Positions 21,980 to 33,347 of a stretch of DNA of 64,000 bases are shown piece after piece. The position numbers and the translations under genes are program-made. Every line of letters begins with the position of its first letter. Positions within the stretch are counted from its first letter, which is position 1. Source of the DNA: an uncultured delta proteobacterium (lineage in GTDB: Bacteria > Myxococcota_A > Polyangia > Polyangiales > Polyangiaceae); contig CAWAIF010000003.1 of NCBI GenBank assembly GCA_963782055.1, forward strand, positions 6,144,001-6,208,000. The letters run 5' to 3'. The notes under the pieces were generated by a model. The model was given only the letters and a program-made list of their open reading frames with translations, did not search any database and was not told the origin of the DNA.

Positions 21980-22610
21980 CTATTTGGTGCACACCTGGTT
22001 GATGCACTGGGTGCCGTGGAAGACACAGTCGTCGCAGACGATACCTCCTTTTCCGCACGCGAACGGCTGGGTTCCGACGGCGCATGTACCATCTGTCGTG
22101 CAGCATCCGGGGCAGTTGTCCGGAGAGCACGGCGGGGCGGCATCGGCGCACTCGCCGCCGCCCGCCTCGAGAGGCGTGCACGGGTCGCACGCGTCGCTGC
22201 CGGATGCGGCAGTCGGACGGGCCTCGGATCGGGGTACCTCCGGGACGGCGGCATGGATGGCACCGTGGCGGACGATGGAATCGGCGACGCACCCGCCGAC
22301 GCCGCCGGCGAGTCAGATTCGGAGATCGACGGTGGCGCGGACGGCGCGTGTGGCCCGCAGACATGCGCCGACGGGACATGCGTCGATTCGCACCACTACA
22401 GCAACGCGGCATGCGGCGACCACGGAGAGGCATGCGAGACATGTCCCGACTCCGACGCCGGCTACTACAGCGCGCAGGGTACGTGTCTCCACTTCACGGA
22501 CGGGCCGTGCAACCCATCCAACTGCGACGGCTGCTGCTTCCAGCAGACAGACTGGTGCGCGAGCGGCATCCACGCGCGGGCGTGTGGTCACGGAGGGGGC
22601 CACTGCGACG
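21980..22610. pseudogene. Cassette 5 gene B, partly inverted and truncated
   Basis: C-terminus on minus strand (21980-22197); middle part GCGSRTGL...GHCD on plus strand (22198-22610); paralogue of 18527..19225. Confidence 0.85.
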
Positions 22611-24128
22611 GTCTCTGCTTAGCGGCCGGAAGACGGCCCGCGGCCCGGGCGTGACGTCGACCGTCGGAGGACTCGCCGGCTAGTGGGCAAAGGCAGACGG
22701 AGGCGGCTTGCCGTGGAGGTGACTTTCGTACAGCCCGATGACGAAGCCCCGAAGCGGGAGCCGGCACTTGCGCCGCGTCTGCGTGATGCTCATCCAGTGC
22801 GCCAGGGTGGCGCTGCCGGCGGCCGAGCGCGTTCCGCCGGTCATCGCGCGGTGCCGCCCGTGGGCGCGCGGATGTCGCGTTCGGTCGCGTTGTTCGTGGC
22901 CGGGACGTCGGGGCGGTCGATGAAGAGCGTCACCCCCACCTTGTGCTCGTCGAGGCGCTCCTGCAGCCGGACGATGTCCGGGAACTCCACGAAGTTGGTG
23001 CTGCTGATGAGATGGCCGAGGCGGATGCGCGCGCCTCGGCGCTGCTCGGGATCGCCGCTCGCCGCGGCCTGCTTGCCCGCGACGTAGAAGCCGATGAGTC
23101 GGTCGCGGAACTCCTCGGTCGCGGCGCACGGGGTGAGCTCGGCGATCTTCTTGGCCTCGCGGATGGTGTGCGCACCGCAGTAGGCGTGGGTCCAGCCGTC
23201 GTGACTCGTGTACACGCCGTAGAAGTCGGTGCACAGGACTCCTTTGAAGCCCGCGCCGAGCACCGACTCGGCGACCCACGCGCCGCGCGACAGCTCGGCG
23301 CGGAAGACCGAGACGCGGTCGGTGCGCATCAGCCACATCCAACCCGGCACGCCGTCCTGTCGATGGCCGCTCTCGTCGAGGCCCGCCACGGGCGATGCGC
23401 GCACCGCGTCGACCAGCTCGTCGTAGCTCGGCGCCGAGCGGCGCCGCAATCGGTCGAACATCTGCGCCAGGCCGCCGGTCGTGATCGAGATGCCGAGCCA
23501 CTGTCCGAGGAACGCACTGATCTTGCCCAGCGGCATGTCGCGCTCGAAGCGCAGGTCCAGCGCCATCGCCTGCACGTTGGGGCCGAACGACACCGCGGCG
23601 ACGCTCTTGCCCGCGGCCGGCGCGCCCGGCAGCTTCGCGACCACGCGCTTGTGGCACACCTCGCAGCTGCCGACGTGCGCCACGTGATGCGTCTGCCGCG
23701 GCTGCACCACTGGGATGTCGACGACGACCGTGCTGTCCGTCTCGCCCGTCGCCACGACTGCCCCGCCGCAGCTGCACGTTGCAGGCATCTCGTGGAAGAC
23801 TTCGCCGTCGACCTGGGCCGGTGCGGCGGGCCGCGATCCGACATGGCCCACCTTGCGGCCGCGCGGCTTGCCCGAGGGCGCCCACCGACCCTCGGAGCGC
23901 GACGTCCGCCGCTTCCCGCGCTCCCGGAACCCGCGCTTCCACTCCTCGATCTCCTTGCGCAGCTTCGCCAGCTCTTCGCGAAGCGCGGCGTTCTCCTGCT
24001 CCAGCTCCTGGATCCGCTGCTCGGGCGTCACGTGATCCGGGATGCTCCCGATCAGGTCCCATGGAAAGAACTTCTCGCATCAGGAACGAAGAATGGACCC
24101 ACAGTGTGCGACACCGCTAAGCAGACAC
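22611..24128 (-). mobile_element. IS66-family element copy 2, transposase frameshifted
   Basis: Same IRs as copy 1; 2-bp insertion near 22867; flanks CTGCGACG / CCGCCAAC do not match (no TSD). Confidence 0.9.
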
Positions 24129-24318
24129 CCGCCAACTTCCCCATAGGGCTCCGAGGCCACCGCCTCGCCGCTGCCGCGCACCGGCTTCGTCCAACCGTCG
24201 ATTTCGCGACCGCGCACCCGCGCCACGCGACCGCCGCCGCGACCCGGCGCGCTCACGCAATCGACTCTTACTTATGCGAAGTGGGGCCGTCCGGTGTCAC
24301 TGGAAGGACGGACCAGGG
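24129..24318 (+). mobile_element. Downstream-end remnant of integrase/IS91-type element
   Basis: Matches the reverse complement of ~39987-40176. Confidence 0.85.
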
Positions 24319-24548
24319 TGGCCCCGAAGCTCGTCGATGACCGCCGGCGTGAAGGTCCGCTGCAGCGCTGCAGCTGCTCCTCCACCGCGCTCGCCTCTTC
24401 GCTCGGCTCTGGCCGGCTGCTCGTGGCTCGGGTAGCTCTCGTCGTCATCGGGCGTCCTCTCCTTGTTGGTGTCGCAACCGAACAACGAGAATGGCGCCCG
24501 AGTTATTTCCATCATTCCGCCACGTTATGTCCAAAGGATCTGGCCATG
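24319..24548 (-). mobile_element. IS4-family left-end fragment
   Basis: CATGGCCAGATCCTTTGG end plus the first transposase codons; truncated. Confidence 0.85.
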
Positions 24549-24654
24549 GGGCGAGGGGAGCTGGCGCGGCGGCAAGTTCCCCGACGTGCGCGGCCGAAAG
24601 AGAAGGTCACCGCAAAGGACCGCAAGGTGGCCGAGCTGGAGCGACAGGTCCGGC
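24549..24654 (+). pseudogene. Probable IS3-family OrfA fragment
   Basis: RGELARRQVPRRARPKEKVTAKDRKVAELERQV resembles an IS3 OrfA leucine-zipper region. Confidence 0.4.
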
Positions 24655-24686
24655 ACGGAAGCGGTCACCTAGCAACGCGGCGGCGA

Positions 24687-25160
24687 TCAAGGCATGCACA
24701 CGCCCTGAGCGCACTGCCAGCCCCCCTTGCAAGAATGACCGCACGCGCCGCAGCTCGTCGGGTCGTTCAGGAAGTTGGTGCACCCCCCCTGGCAGGCGTC
24801 GGGGCAGCCCGCGTCGTCGAGGGTGCAGAGATTGCAGAGGGTGTTCGCCTCACAGGGCTTGATGCAGTGGGGGTGTGGCGTGCGATCGGATGCTCCACAG
24901 TAGAAGCCGCCATTCCCGCCGTTGGGTGCGGAGGTGCAGATCGTGTCGCCCTGGCAGAGTTCCACCTGGGAGTAGTAGTTCAGCCCGGCATCGGGATGGA
25001 TCACGCCGTGTTGCTTGTCGCAGTAGATGCCTGGGCGCAGTGAGCCATCCGGGGCCGCGTCCAAGCCTACATCATCGCCGAAGACGAGCCCCCCGCACGA
25101 CGCCACGATGAGACCGACGATGGCGACCACGGCCAGGGCAATGACACGTGTGCACGTCAC
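24687..25160 (-). CDS. Small Cys-rich lipoprotein
   Basis: VASCGG lipobox; DPTSCGACGHSC repeat; GTGA overlap with the upstream stop. Confidence 0.75.
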   Translation of the reverse strand: MTCTRVIALAVVAIVGLIVASCGGLVFGDDVGLDAAPDGSLRPGIYCDKQHGVIHPDAGLNYYSQVELCQGDTICTSAPNGGNGGFYCGASDRTPHPHCIKPCEANTLCNLCTLDDAGCPDACQGGCTNFLNDPTSCGACGHSCKGGWQCAQGVCMP

Positions 25161-27358
25161 TGGGGCTTCCACAGCGTGGCGTAGATGCTACTGTTGGATT
25201 GCTCGTCGCGGGTGTCGCCCCATGCCGGGAAGCAACCCACGCTGGGCGCGCACGTCATCCCCTCGTAGTCGCCCCACGGCGTGTTGCCCGTGCCGCTTCC
25301 CTCCGTGGGATCGATCGTACTCCAGGGGATGAGATCCCCATCCGCAATCTGCGCTGCCAGCTCCTCGATGCCGTTCCAGCTACCGTTCACGATGGCGCGG
25401 CCGAAGATGCTCTGCAGCGCCGGCGGGCCGGGGCTGCGGCGCGTGTCGTGCCACGCCACCGTCACCGTGGGCTGGGTAGGCTGCCACATCCAGGCGGCCG
25501 ACGCCGCGAACTGGTTGCTGACGCACTCCGTCCCGTTCGAAAAGCACGGCTGCGGCTGCCCCCAGAGCGTGATGGTCGGTGCCACCTCGAAGACCGGCGC
25601 GAAGCCGGTGCTGATGCTGACGTCCGACGTCGTGTAGAAGACGCGCTGGCCTCGCGACGTCTGCTGATGGGTATCGGGGTCCGTCTGGAACAACGTCCGG
25701 TTCCAGAAGACGTGCCACGACGAGGTCTCGGCGTCGTAGACCACCGCGGGCCGCGCGCGGTTGTTCCCGTGGTGGCCGTTCGCGTCGGGATCGACGCAGC
25801 TCGGCCAGGCGGAGTCGGTGTCCAGGATCACCGAGCCATCGTCACCGCCGACGGACTTGCGCCAGTGCTCCCCCCAGTCCGACGAGACCGCCGCGCGTAG
25901 CTCCAGGTCGAAGGTGGGGTTGGTGGGGCAGTCGTCCAATTGATCGGATTCCAGATCCGTGCTGTCGGCGTTGGCACGCGGGAAGGTGACGAGCAGCCGC
26001 TCGCTGCTGCCGTTGCCGCAGTCGTCGATCTGCGCAGCCATGGGATCGGTGCACGCCGCGGCGATGTTGGCGTCGGAGAAGGCGACGCAGGACAGGTTGC
26101 AGTCGATGCGGATCTCCCGCGGAGGGGGGCTGCCGGAGCTGTCGATGGTCCCGTCGCTCTCAAAGTGCAGACGCCGGATCCAGTTGCGCGACAGCCCCTG
26201 GGACAGCGAGCTGTTCCGGTTGCGCCAGTTCACCCACACCACGTGCGGCTGGTTCGGGCCGGCCGGCTGCACCCCGTCCCACTCCAGGGACGCCGTGGGC
26301 TGGTCGGCGAAGCCCGGCTGCGCACCCGCCGCGCCATCGGAGTTGCTATCCGAGACCATGGCGAAGCACTGCGGCCCGCACAGGCCACCACCAGGAAGGT
26401 TGCCGTTGGGCCCGAAGGTCTGGCCCCCATCCCTGGAGAGGAACATCACGATGTCGCTCGTGGTTGCGCTGTTCTGCGATGCCGTGCTCACGGCGGGCTC
26501 GAAGTACGCCAGCTGGTTGGGCCAGCCGGTGGGCACGAGCGCAGGGTCCCCGGCGGTCCCCACGTACTGCGTGCCGTCGGTCAGGGTGGGAGGTGTGCCG
26601 GTGAAGAAGGGGTTGCTCGTCTCGTCGCGCGTGGTGAAGGCTACGCCGTCGGTCGAGAACGTCCATGCGGCGTACTTGTTGTTGTGCGACGCCGTGTTGA
26701 AGGCGATGACGGTGGACGCGGGGCTGGAGAGGCTGACGTCGTCGAAGAGGGTGTCATCCCCGTCGCCCGGCCAGTTGTCGTCGTGGTTGACCAGCTTGAG
26801 GACGTACTCGTGGCCGGAGACGAGCGGCGCGTCGACCTGGGTCCAGCTGTTCGTCGTGCAGGTGCGCGGCAGGATCGTGGTGACGGTGCCGCCGGCGGTG
26901 TTGTCCTTCAGCGTGGCGGTGGCGAAGTCGCAGTTCGTACCGCACACGTCGTTGCAGAACATCTTCCACCAGAAGTGCAGGTCCACCGGGGAGACCGCGG
27001 GCGCGGTGAACGTCTGGCTGATCGTGCTGTCCCCGTTCGTCGGCTGCGTCGACCCGAGCATCGCGGCGAAGCTGCCGGAGTGATGGTCGGAAGAAACGAC
27101 GGTCTCGGACGCGCCGGAGGCGACCCATCCCATGAGGTCGCCGGTCTCGAAGCCGTCGTTGAAGCCCCCCGTCGGAAGCACGGCCACGCTGGTCTCGTTC
27201 CCCCTCTGATCGGCCGCGTCGATGTTCCCGAACGTCAGGGGCTGGCTGGCCGTCGCCACCGGACCGTCGTCGACCGATGCGCATCCCACCATGGACCCAG
27301 AGCCCACCACCAACGCCGTGAGCGCACCGAGGGCCATCGCTTGCAGGTCCATCTTCAT
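25157..27358 (-). CDS. Large secreted lipoprotein with carbohydrate-binding-like domain and BNR/sialidase-like region
   Basis: MVGC lipobox; DGFETGDLMGW domain; Asp-boxes SRDGGQTF and SSDWGEHW; C-terminal WGDYEGM. Confidence 0.75.
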   Translation of the reverse strand: MKMDLQAMALGALTALVVGSGSMVGCASVDDGPVATASQPLTFGNIDAADQRGNETSVAVLPTGGFNDGFETGDLMGWVASGASETVVSSDHHSGSFAAMLGSTQPTNGDSTISQTFTAPAVSPVDLHFWWKMFCNDVCGTNCDFATATLKDNTAGGTVTTILPRTCTTNSWTQVDAPLVSGHEYVLKLVNHDDNWPGDGDDTLFDDVSLSSPASTVIAFNTASHNNKYAAWTFSTDGVAFTTRDETSNPFFTGTPPTLTDGTQYVGTAGDPALVPTGWPNQLAYFEPAVSTASQNSATTSDIVMFLSRDGGQTFGPNGNLPGGGLCGPQCFAMVSDSNSDGAAGAQPGFADQPTASLEWDGVQPAGPNQPHVVWVNWRNRNSSLSQGLSRNWIRRLHFESDGTIDSSGSPPPREIRIDCNLSCVAFSDANIAAACTDPMAAQIDDCGNGSSERLLVTFPRANADSTDLESDQLDDCPTNPTFDLELRAAVSSDWGEHWRKSVGGDDGSVILDTDSAWPSCVDPDANGHHGNNRARPAVVYDAETSSWHVFWNRTLFQTDPDTHQQTSRGQRVFYTTSDVSISTGFAPVFEVAPTITLWGQPQPCFSNGTECVSNQFAASAAWMWQPTQPTVTVAWHDTRRSPGPPALQSIFGRAIVNGSWNGIEELAAQIADGDLIPWSTIDPTEGSGTGNTPWGDYEGMTCAPSVGCFPAWGDTRDEQSNSSIYATLWKPQ

Positions 27359-27584
27359 CGCCCCACCTCCGACATGAATGACCGCGCGTGTGCGCAGATG
27401 GCTGAAACGAGATACGAGGCTACGGAGGGGTGGTGTGTAGCGCAACGGACAAAGCAGGACTCTCGCCTCAATTCACGCGCATGTCACGGACTACTACTAC
27501 CTGGGGTAGTAGAGACCCCGTGCCCCGCCTGATGGCTCATATCGACTATGAGCCCGGGAGCTGGAAGCCGTCTGGGACGAGGGC

Positions 27585-29208
27585 ATGACGGACCAGACGA
27601 CCGCTTCTTCTTCCGGGCTGTACTACCTCTTCGACCCGAGCTACTCGTACGTCACGATGTTCGGCTACGACGGCTCGGACCTGTCCATCGCGTCCACCCA
27701 GACCGGCCTCGCCGAGCTGGAGGACATCGCCAATACCGCGGCGGCGATCTTTACGGCGACCGGTAGGTACTGGTCGGCGGCAGGAGGGTGGGCGAACGTC
27801 AACGTCCAGGCGCCGCCTACCGGGACGTTTTCCACCCTGCAGACGTACTGGGCCACCGGCCTGCGCGAGCAGGACGTCCTCGCGCAGGATGTTTACGATG
27901 GGATCCCCGTCGAGCAGACGGTCCCCGCGTCTGGCCCGAACACGTACAGGCTCTGCGCCCACTGGCACGTGCAATACGAGGACGCGAAGTCATACTATAC
28001 GAACGCGATGCCCACGCAGGGACTCCAGAACGGCACGGCGGCGTACTCGCGGTACTGGATCCAGTACAAAGTCGGGAGCACGTACCACTACGTCGCGAAG
28101 GGCTTCCTCGACGCCGACGGCTGCACCATGCCCGTGGCCCTCGACCCGCTCACCGCCTACTCGCTGTGGCAGGAGTCGATCCTGCAGAGCGCGGAGACCC
28201 CCGCGGGTGGACGTCTACTACGGGGGCTGGAACCCGCGGTTCGCGTACTTCACACACAACCCCTGGGGTGGCGCATGCACGTTCAATTGCGTGCAGATGG
28301 GCGACCTCGAAGCCACTGCCTTCACAGTGAGCGGCGTCCCGTCCACGACGACGATGACGACCACGACCACGCCGTTCGATCTGGCTGCCAACGGCGCATC
28401 GGCCGTCGGCTCGGCACTTCGGACTCCGGGACTGGTCACCCAGCTCTCGGGGTACGCGCCCGACATGAGGGTGTACGTGAATCTGCTGAGTGAGAGCGGC
28501 GGCGAGACGGGATATTACAATACGCAGCCGAGCAACCCCACCGACAACAACTACGGCGTATACCTGTCCCCGAGCGCCGAAGATGGTCATGACTCCAAGT
28601 GGCAAACCATTATCGATCACGAATTCGGCCACTACGTGACGGACCTTCGCTCTGGGACGTCCGACTGGGGTTTTGGATTGCCCAGTGCGAATCCCGCGTG
28701 CCGATGCAATCACATCCTCGACCAAGGACAGGCCAGCCATTGCCTTCAGTCTGCAAATGGAAATGGCTTCGCGACCAACGAGGGCTTCGCGCACTTCTTC
28801 GCAGCGCAGGCCCTCCAGCCGCTGAGCCATTCGAGCTGCAACTTCGGCTACTACAAGGAATTTCTCGAGGACGACTCCTCCGTCGACCTGCCGCCGGTGA
28901 CGAAGAGCTGCGCATCCCAGGTCAAGTGGGGGTGGTCTTATAGCTGCACCGACAGCAACTCTGCGGTGGAGTGGGACTGGCTGGGCGGACTGTGGAGCGT
29001 CCGCACCGACCCGACCGCGCCGTACTCGATGGATGACTTCTTTGCGGTGCGAGAGGCTGCCTGCGGTCATCCCGGGACGCGCCGCGTGTACCCGAACGAC
29101 GCAGAGTTGAGCCCCGCGCTCATACGGTCAGGGGCCGAGACATTGTATGGCTCCGGTAGCCCGAAGTCAGTGAGGCTCAACGTCGATTTCACCGCGAATG
29201 GGATCTAG
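27585..29208 (+). pseudogene. Zinc metallopeptidase-like protein, frameshifted, probably 5'-truncated
   Basis: HEFGH and NEGFAHF motifs; frame change in a C-run near 28200. Confidence 0.65.
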
Positions 29209-30233
29209 CCGCACATCCTTCCTACGCCTGCTCGCAGTGATCTCGCTGCCCGGATGTCACTCCTCGACGCCAGCTACGCTGCCTGGGGAGGCGGGATCGG
29301 ACGGCGGGAACGTGGTGTCGCAGCCGCACAAGACCCAGGCCTGCGTCGTCGATCCGACGGGCGTCACCGCTCCGGGGGCGTGGGTCGAGGTTTCCGCTGG
29401 TTCCTTCGTCATCGGCTCCCCCCCGACGGAGCCCGGTCGTGGGCTCCACGACGAGGAGCAGGCCCCGGTCACCCTGAGCCACGCGTTCTGGATGCAGCGG
29501 ACGGAGCTCACCCAGGCCGACTGGACCTCCATGTGCCTGGACAACCCGAGCACCCTCAGGCCGGACGGGACGGGGGACTGCAGCGCCTCCGATTGTCCGG
29601 TTGGCAACATGACGTGGTGGGAGACGCTCGAATTTGCGAACATGCTCTCCGCCGCCCACGACCCGCCGCTGCAGCCCTGCTACGTGCTGCAGGGCTGCAC
29701 GGGCGCGATGGGACACTACCGCGTCTGCACAGGCGTCACCAGCAGCGCGTCCACCGTCTACGAGTGCGTAGGGCTACCGGCTTCCGACGGAGGTGGAGTG
29801 GGAGTACGCGGCACGCGCCGGCACCACGACCGCCTTCTACGGCGGCGACATCGTCTCCTCGCAGAACGAGGCGTGCCCCGACGACGTCAACCTGGATCCC
29901 ATCGCCTGGTACTGCGCGAACGCCGGACCGATGACCCACCCCGTGGCCAAGAAGGCCCCGAACGCCTTCGGGCTCTACGACATGCTGGGCAACGCGTACG
30001 AGTGGACCGGCAGCGACTTCACGAGCTATGCGTGGGGCGACGGTTCCGACGCCACCCTGACGGACCCGGATGGCACGGTCGACGATGGGGAGGAGAAGGT
30101 CTTCCGCGGGGGCGCGTTCAACATTGACCCCACGGTCTGTCGCGCGGCAAACAGAAACATTGCCGCGGACGTGAAGAAGCCGATCGAGGCTGGACCGGAA
30201 ATTGGCTTCCGACTGGTCAGAAGCAAGCCGTGA
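29198..30233 (+). pseudogene. FGE-sulfatase (SUMF1/PvdO-like) domain lipoprotein, frameshifted
   Basis: FVIGSP, RLPTEVEWEYAARAG, NAFGLYDMLGNAYEW, IGFRLVR; one extra G at ~29772. Confidence 0.85.
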
Positions 30234-30294
30234 CCTTCGCGGCGAGGTCTGGCGATGCGCCACTACCGGACGCTCCTCCTCGGAGCGTTCACCG

Positions 30295-31739
30295 CATGGC
30301 CAGATCCTTTGGACATAACGTGGCGGAATGATGGAAATAAATCGGGCGCCTTTCTCGTTGTTCGGTTGCGACACCAACAAGGAGAGGACGCCCGATGACG
30401 ACGAGAGCTACCCGAGCCACGAGCAGCCGTCCAGACCCGAGCGAAGAGGCGAGCGCGGTGGAGGAGCAGCTGCAGCGGACCTTCACGCCGGCGGTCATCG
30501 ACGAGCTTCGGGGCCGCACCGGCTACAACCCGCGGCAGCGGCGCGCCACCGCGTTCCGCCTGGTGCTCACGGTCGTCGAGGGGTTCCTCGCGGGCCAGAC
30601 GCTGTCGTTCGAGTCGCTGCGGGCGATCTTCGTGAGGCGCTTCGGCTTCATGCGCCCGTGCCCGTTCCAGAAGCGGTTCAAGCAGGAGTCGGCGGCGGCG
30701 TTCTTCCGCGCGGCGCTCGAGCACCTCGTGGCGTCGGTGACGAAGGCGGCGGGCCTGGAGCTGAGCGGGCCGCTCGCCCGCTTCGAGGACGTGCGGGTCT
30801 ACGACGGTACGGGGCAGCGCGTGCCACCGCGCGGGCGCGAGCTGCTGCCGGGATGCACCAAGGGCAAGGCCGGCACCAAGTGGGTGATGGGCTACAGCAT
30901 CAAGACCGGCCTGCTCGAGCACGGCGTCTCCGACGCGGAGACCGCGTCGGAGACGCCGCTGTGGCGGAAGCTGGTCCCGAGCTTCACGCGCGGGGTGCTC
31001 TACCTCTTCGACCTCGGCTTCTTCGAGCGCGCTCTGTTCACCCAGGCGAAGGCTGCCGGCGCGCACGTGCTGATGCGCCTCAAGACCACGGCGAAGGTAC
31101 GCGTGACCGCGCACATCTCGGAGAACGGCCACACCCCGCTCCACAACTGGTCGCTTGGCTACTACCTGCAGAGCGTGTCGCGCAAGCGCGGGACGATCTT
31201 CGACCTCGACGTGACGTGGGGCAAGGGCAAGGACACCGTCGCATTGCGGCTCGTGGGACTCGCGCACAAGTCGACCGTCATCCGCTGGTACCTGACCACC
31301 GTGCCGCGCAGCGTGCTCTCGCCACGGCAGATCATCCAGACCTACCGACTCCGCTGGCTGATCGAGCTGCTCTTTCGCGAGCTGAAGCAGACCGCCGACC
31401 TCGGCCGCTCCTTCACCGCCGATCCCCACGCGATCAAGGCGCTCACCTACGGCGCGATGCTCGCCCACGCGCTCGTGCGCTCGGTCAGGATCCAGGCTGC
31501 ACTCGCGCGCGACGTCCCTCTCGAGCAACTGCGCCCCCTGGCGACGTTGCACGTCGTGCGCGCCTACGCGCGGGACCTGGTCGACGCCCTCGTCTCCCTG
31601 AGCACCGCCGCGTGGACTGCCGTCGTGACCACCGTGGGCGCGGCACTCGTCGCTCTGGCACGCGAACGACAACCTTCACGCTCCAGGAAACGAATCGCCC
31701 GCAAACTTGGGGCGATCGGTGCTTAAGAGATCGGGCATG
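30295..31739 (+). mobile_element. IS4-family element, 443-aa transposase at 30395..31726
   Basis: IRs CATGGCCAGATC / CATGCCCGATC; 10-bp TSD GCGTTCACCG; YRLRWLIELLFRELK (YREK) motif. Confidence 0.92.
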
Positions 31740-31776
31740 GCGTTCACCGTGCCGTCCTTCTAGCTAGGTCCGCGTT

Positions 31777-31904
31777 GTCTCTGCTTAGCGGTACCTGATG
31801 CCACCAGAGGACGCCCGACATGCGGAATTCCCCGGAAATTCGCGGCGGCGGCACGGCGGCAGGGGGCGCCTGCGGGCAAACGATGCGTCATCGGAAGACG
31901 TTCC
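31777..31904 (+). mobile_element. End of an IS66-related element, truncated
   Basis: GTCTCTGCTTAGCGG IR followed by different internal sequence. Confidence 0.6.
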
Positions 31905-32755
31905 GCGCATAGGAAATGCTAGCGCGGTCGGGCGCGAAAGTTTACGAAATCCATCTTGGACGAAGCCGCTGCGCGGCAGCGTGGCTCCGCATCAAGCTCG
32001 CTCGCGAGCCGGGAGCCCCGCGAGCGTGTGCGCGCTGACGAGCCCGCCTCGTAGCCCTCGCGTGCCGTGATGCGGGCGATCCTGCGGCGCGCGCCGCCCG
32101 CTCGTGGGCGCGCGCGGAGCCGAAGGAGGCCGCGATGGGTGCGAAGCGAAGACTGCGGGACACGATGAGCGAGGACCTCGCGCTGCGAGGGATGAGCGCC
32201 AACACGATCGCCACGTACGTGGGGTGCGTGCGGCGGTTCGCGCAGTACCAGGTGCAAAAGGAACGTCCGGATCTCCGCCGCCCCCAGCGCGCACGGCGAC
32301 CGCCCGTCGCTTGCCACACGCCTGCCCTCGTGCGCACCGCGCTGCCGGAGCCCCGAGCTCGCGACCCGCCGGGGGCCGCATGATCTCCCCGCGTCGTGTT
32401 CCACTGCGCTCGCTCCACGAGTGCGGCGCAGGCCCCTGTCCATCCGCGCCACGAAAACCCGCCCTCCGAGCACGCACGGCTGCCCGCTGCGCGCTCCGGG
32501 ACGCCCGCGTCGAGCGCCGTCCCGCCGCCCGCTCCGCACCTCGCGCACCCGCACGCGTGACCCACACGCCGCCAACTTCCCCATAGGGCTCCGAGGCCAC
32601 CGCCTCGCCGCTGCCGCGCACCGGCTTCGTCCAACCGTCGATTTCGCGACCGCGCACCCGCGCCACGCGACCGGCGCCGCGACCCGGCGCGCTCACGCAA
32701 TCGACTCTTACTTATGCGAAATGGCCGTCCGGTCTCACTGGAAGGACGGACCAGG
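31905..32755 (+). mobile_element. Non-autonomous mini derivative of integrase/IS91-type element
   Basis: Both ends kept; first ~38 integrase codons, a ~60-bp inverted integrase piece, then the transposase 3' end. Confidence 0.85.
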
Positions 32756-32765
32756 TCTAGCTACG

Positions 32766-33347
32766 TCAGGGGCAGACGCCTGCGTCCCCGTCGACGCACA
32801 CTCGCCCGCCGTCTCCCAGCGGACAGCAAAGCTGGCTCCAGTAGCAACCCGGGCCGAAGGGCTGGCAGGTGCACCAGTCCAGGCCGGTGTTCGTACCGCA
32901 CACGCCGCGACAGTACATCGATACGGTGTCGCCCGTGCCGAAGGTCCGAGGGCAGCACGTCTCAATACCCGCGCCCTTTCCGACGTCGGCGCAGGTCAGG
33001 CACTCCGTGCCGACGTCCTGCTCGGGCACGCACTCGTAGCCATGCGGTTCGACATAGCAGCACCGGGCTGCTGAGGGGCAGCCATCCGCCGCGCCACAGG
33101 CACACTTGGGCTGGGAGTCATTGACGGATGCGATGCATGCGCCGTTGCAGTATCCGCCTGCGCAACAGGAGTCCACCCATGGCCCCTGTCCGACGGGGAT
33201 GCCGCAGTCGTCCTGCGCCGCCGCGTCGATGTCGGCTCGGCCGTCGAACGCCGCGTCCACCGCGGCGGCGTCGATACCACCGTCCGGCGGCGCCACCTCG
33301 CCTCCGCAGCCGAACAGGGCCAGCGGGAGCAGCCATTTCGGGCTCAT
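32766..33347 (-). CDS. Cys-rich lipoprotein
   Basis: MSPKWLLPLALFGCGG; DAA linker; ATGA overlap with the upstream gene. Confidence 0.75.
   Translation of the reverse strand: MSPKWLLPLALFGCGGEVAPPDGGIDAAAVDAAFDGRADIDAAAQDDCGIPVGQGPWVDSCCAGGYCNGACIASVNDSQPKCACGAADGCPSAARCCYVEPHGYECVPEQDVGTECLTCADVGKGAGIETCCPRTFGTGDTVSMYCRGVCGTNTGLDWCTCQPFGPGCYWSQLCCPLGDGGRVCVDGDAGVCP

Noticed and set aside
13841..22610. CRISPR array or integron cassette array
   Set aside because: Repeats are ~100-160 bp coding fragments spaced 1.4-3.2 kb apart; no cas genes; no attC-type palindromes recognised between units
27491..27512. CTACTAC...GTAGTAG palindrome as another cassette operator
   Set aside because: Spacing differs from CTAC-N10-GTAG and the promoter motif is absent
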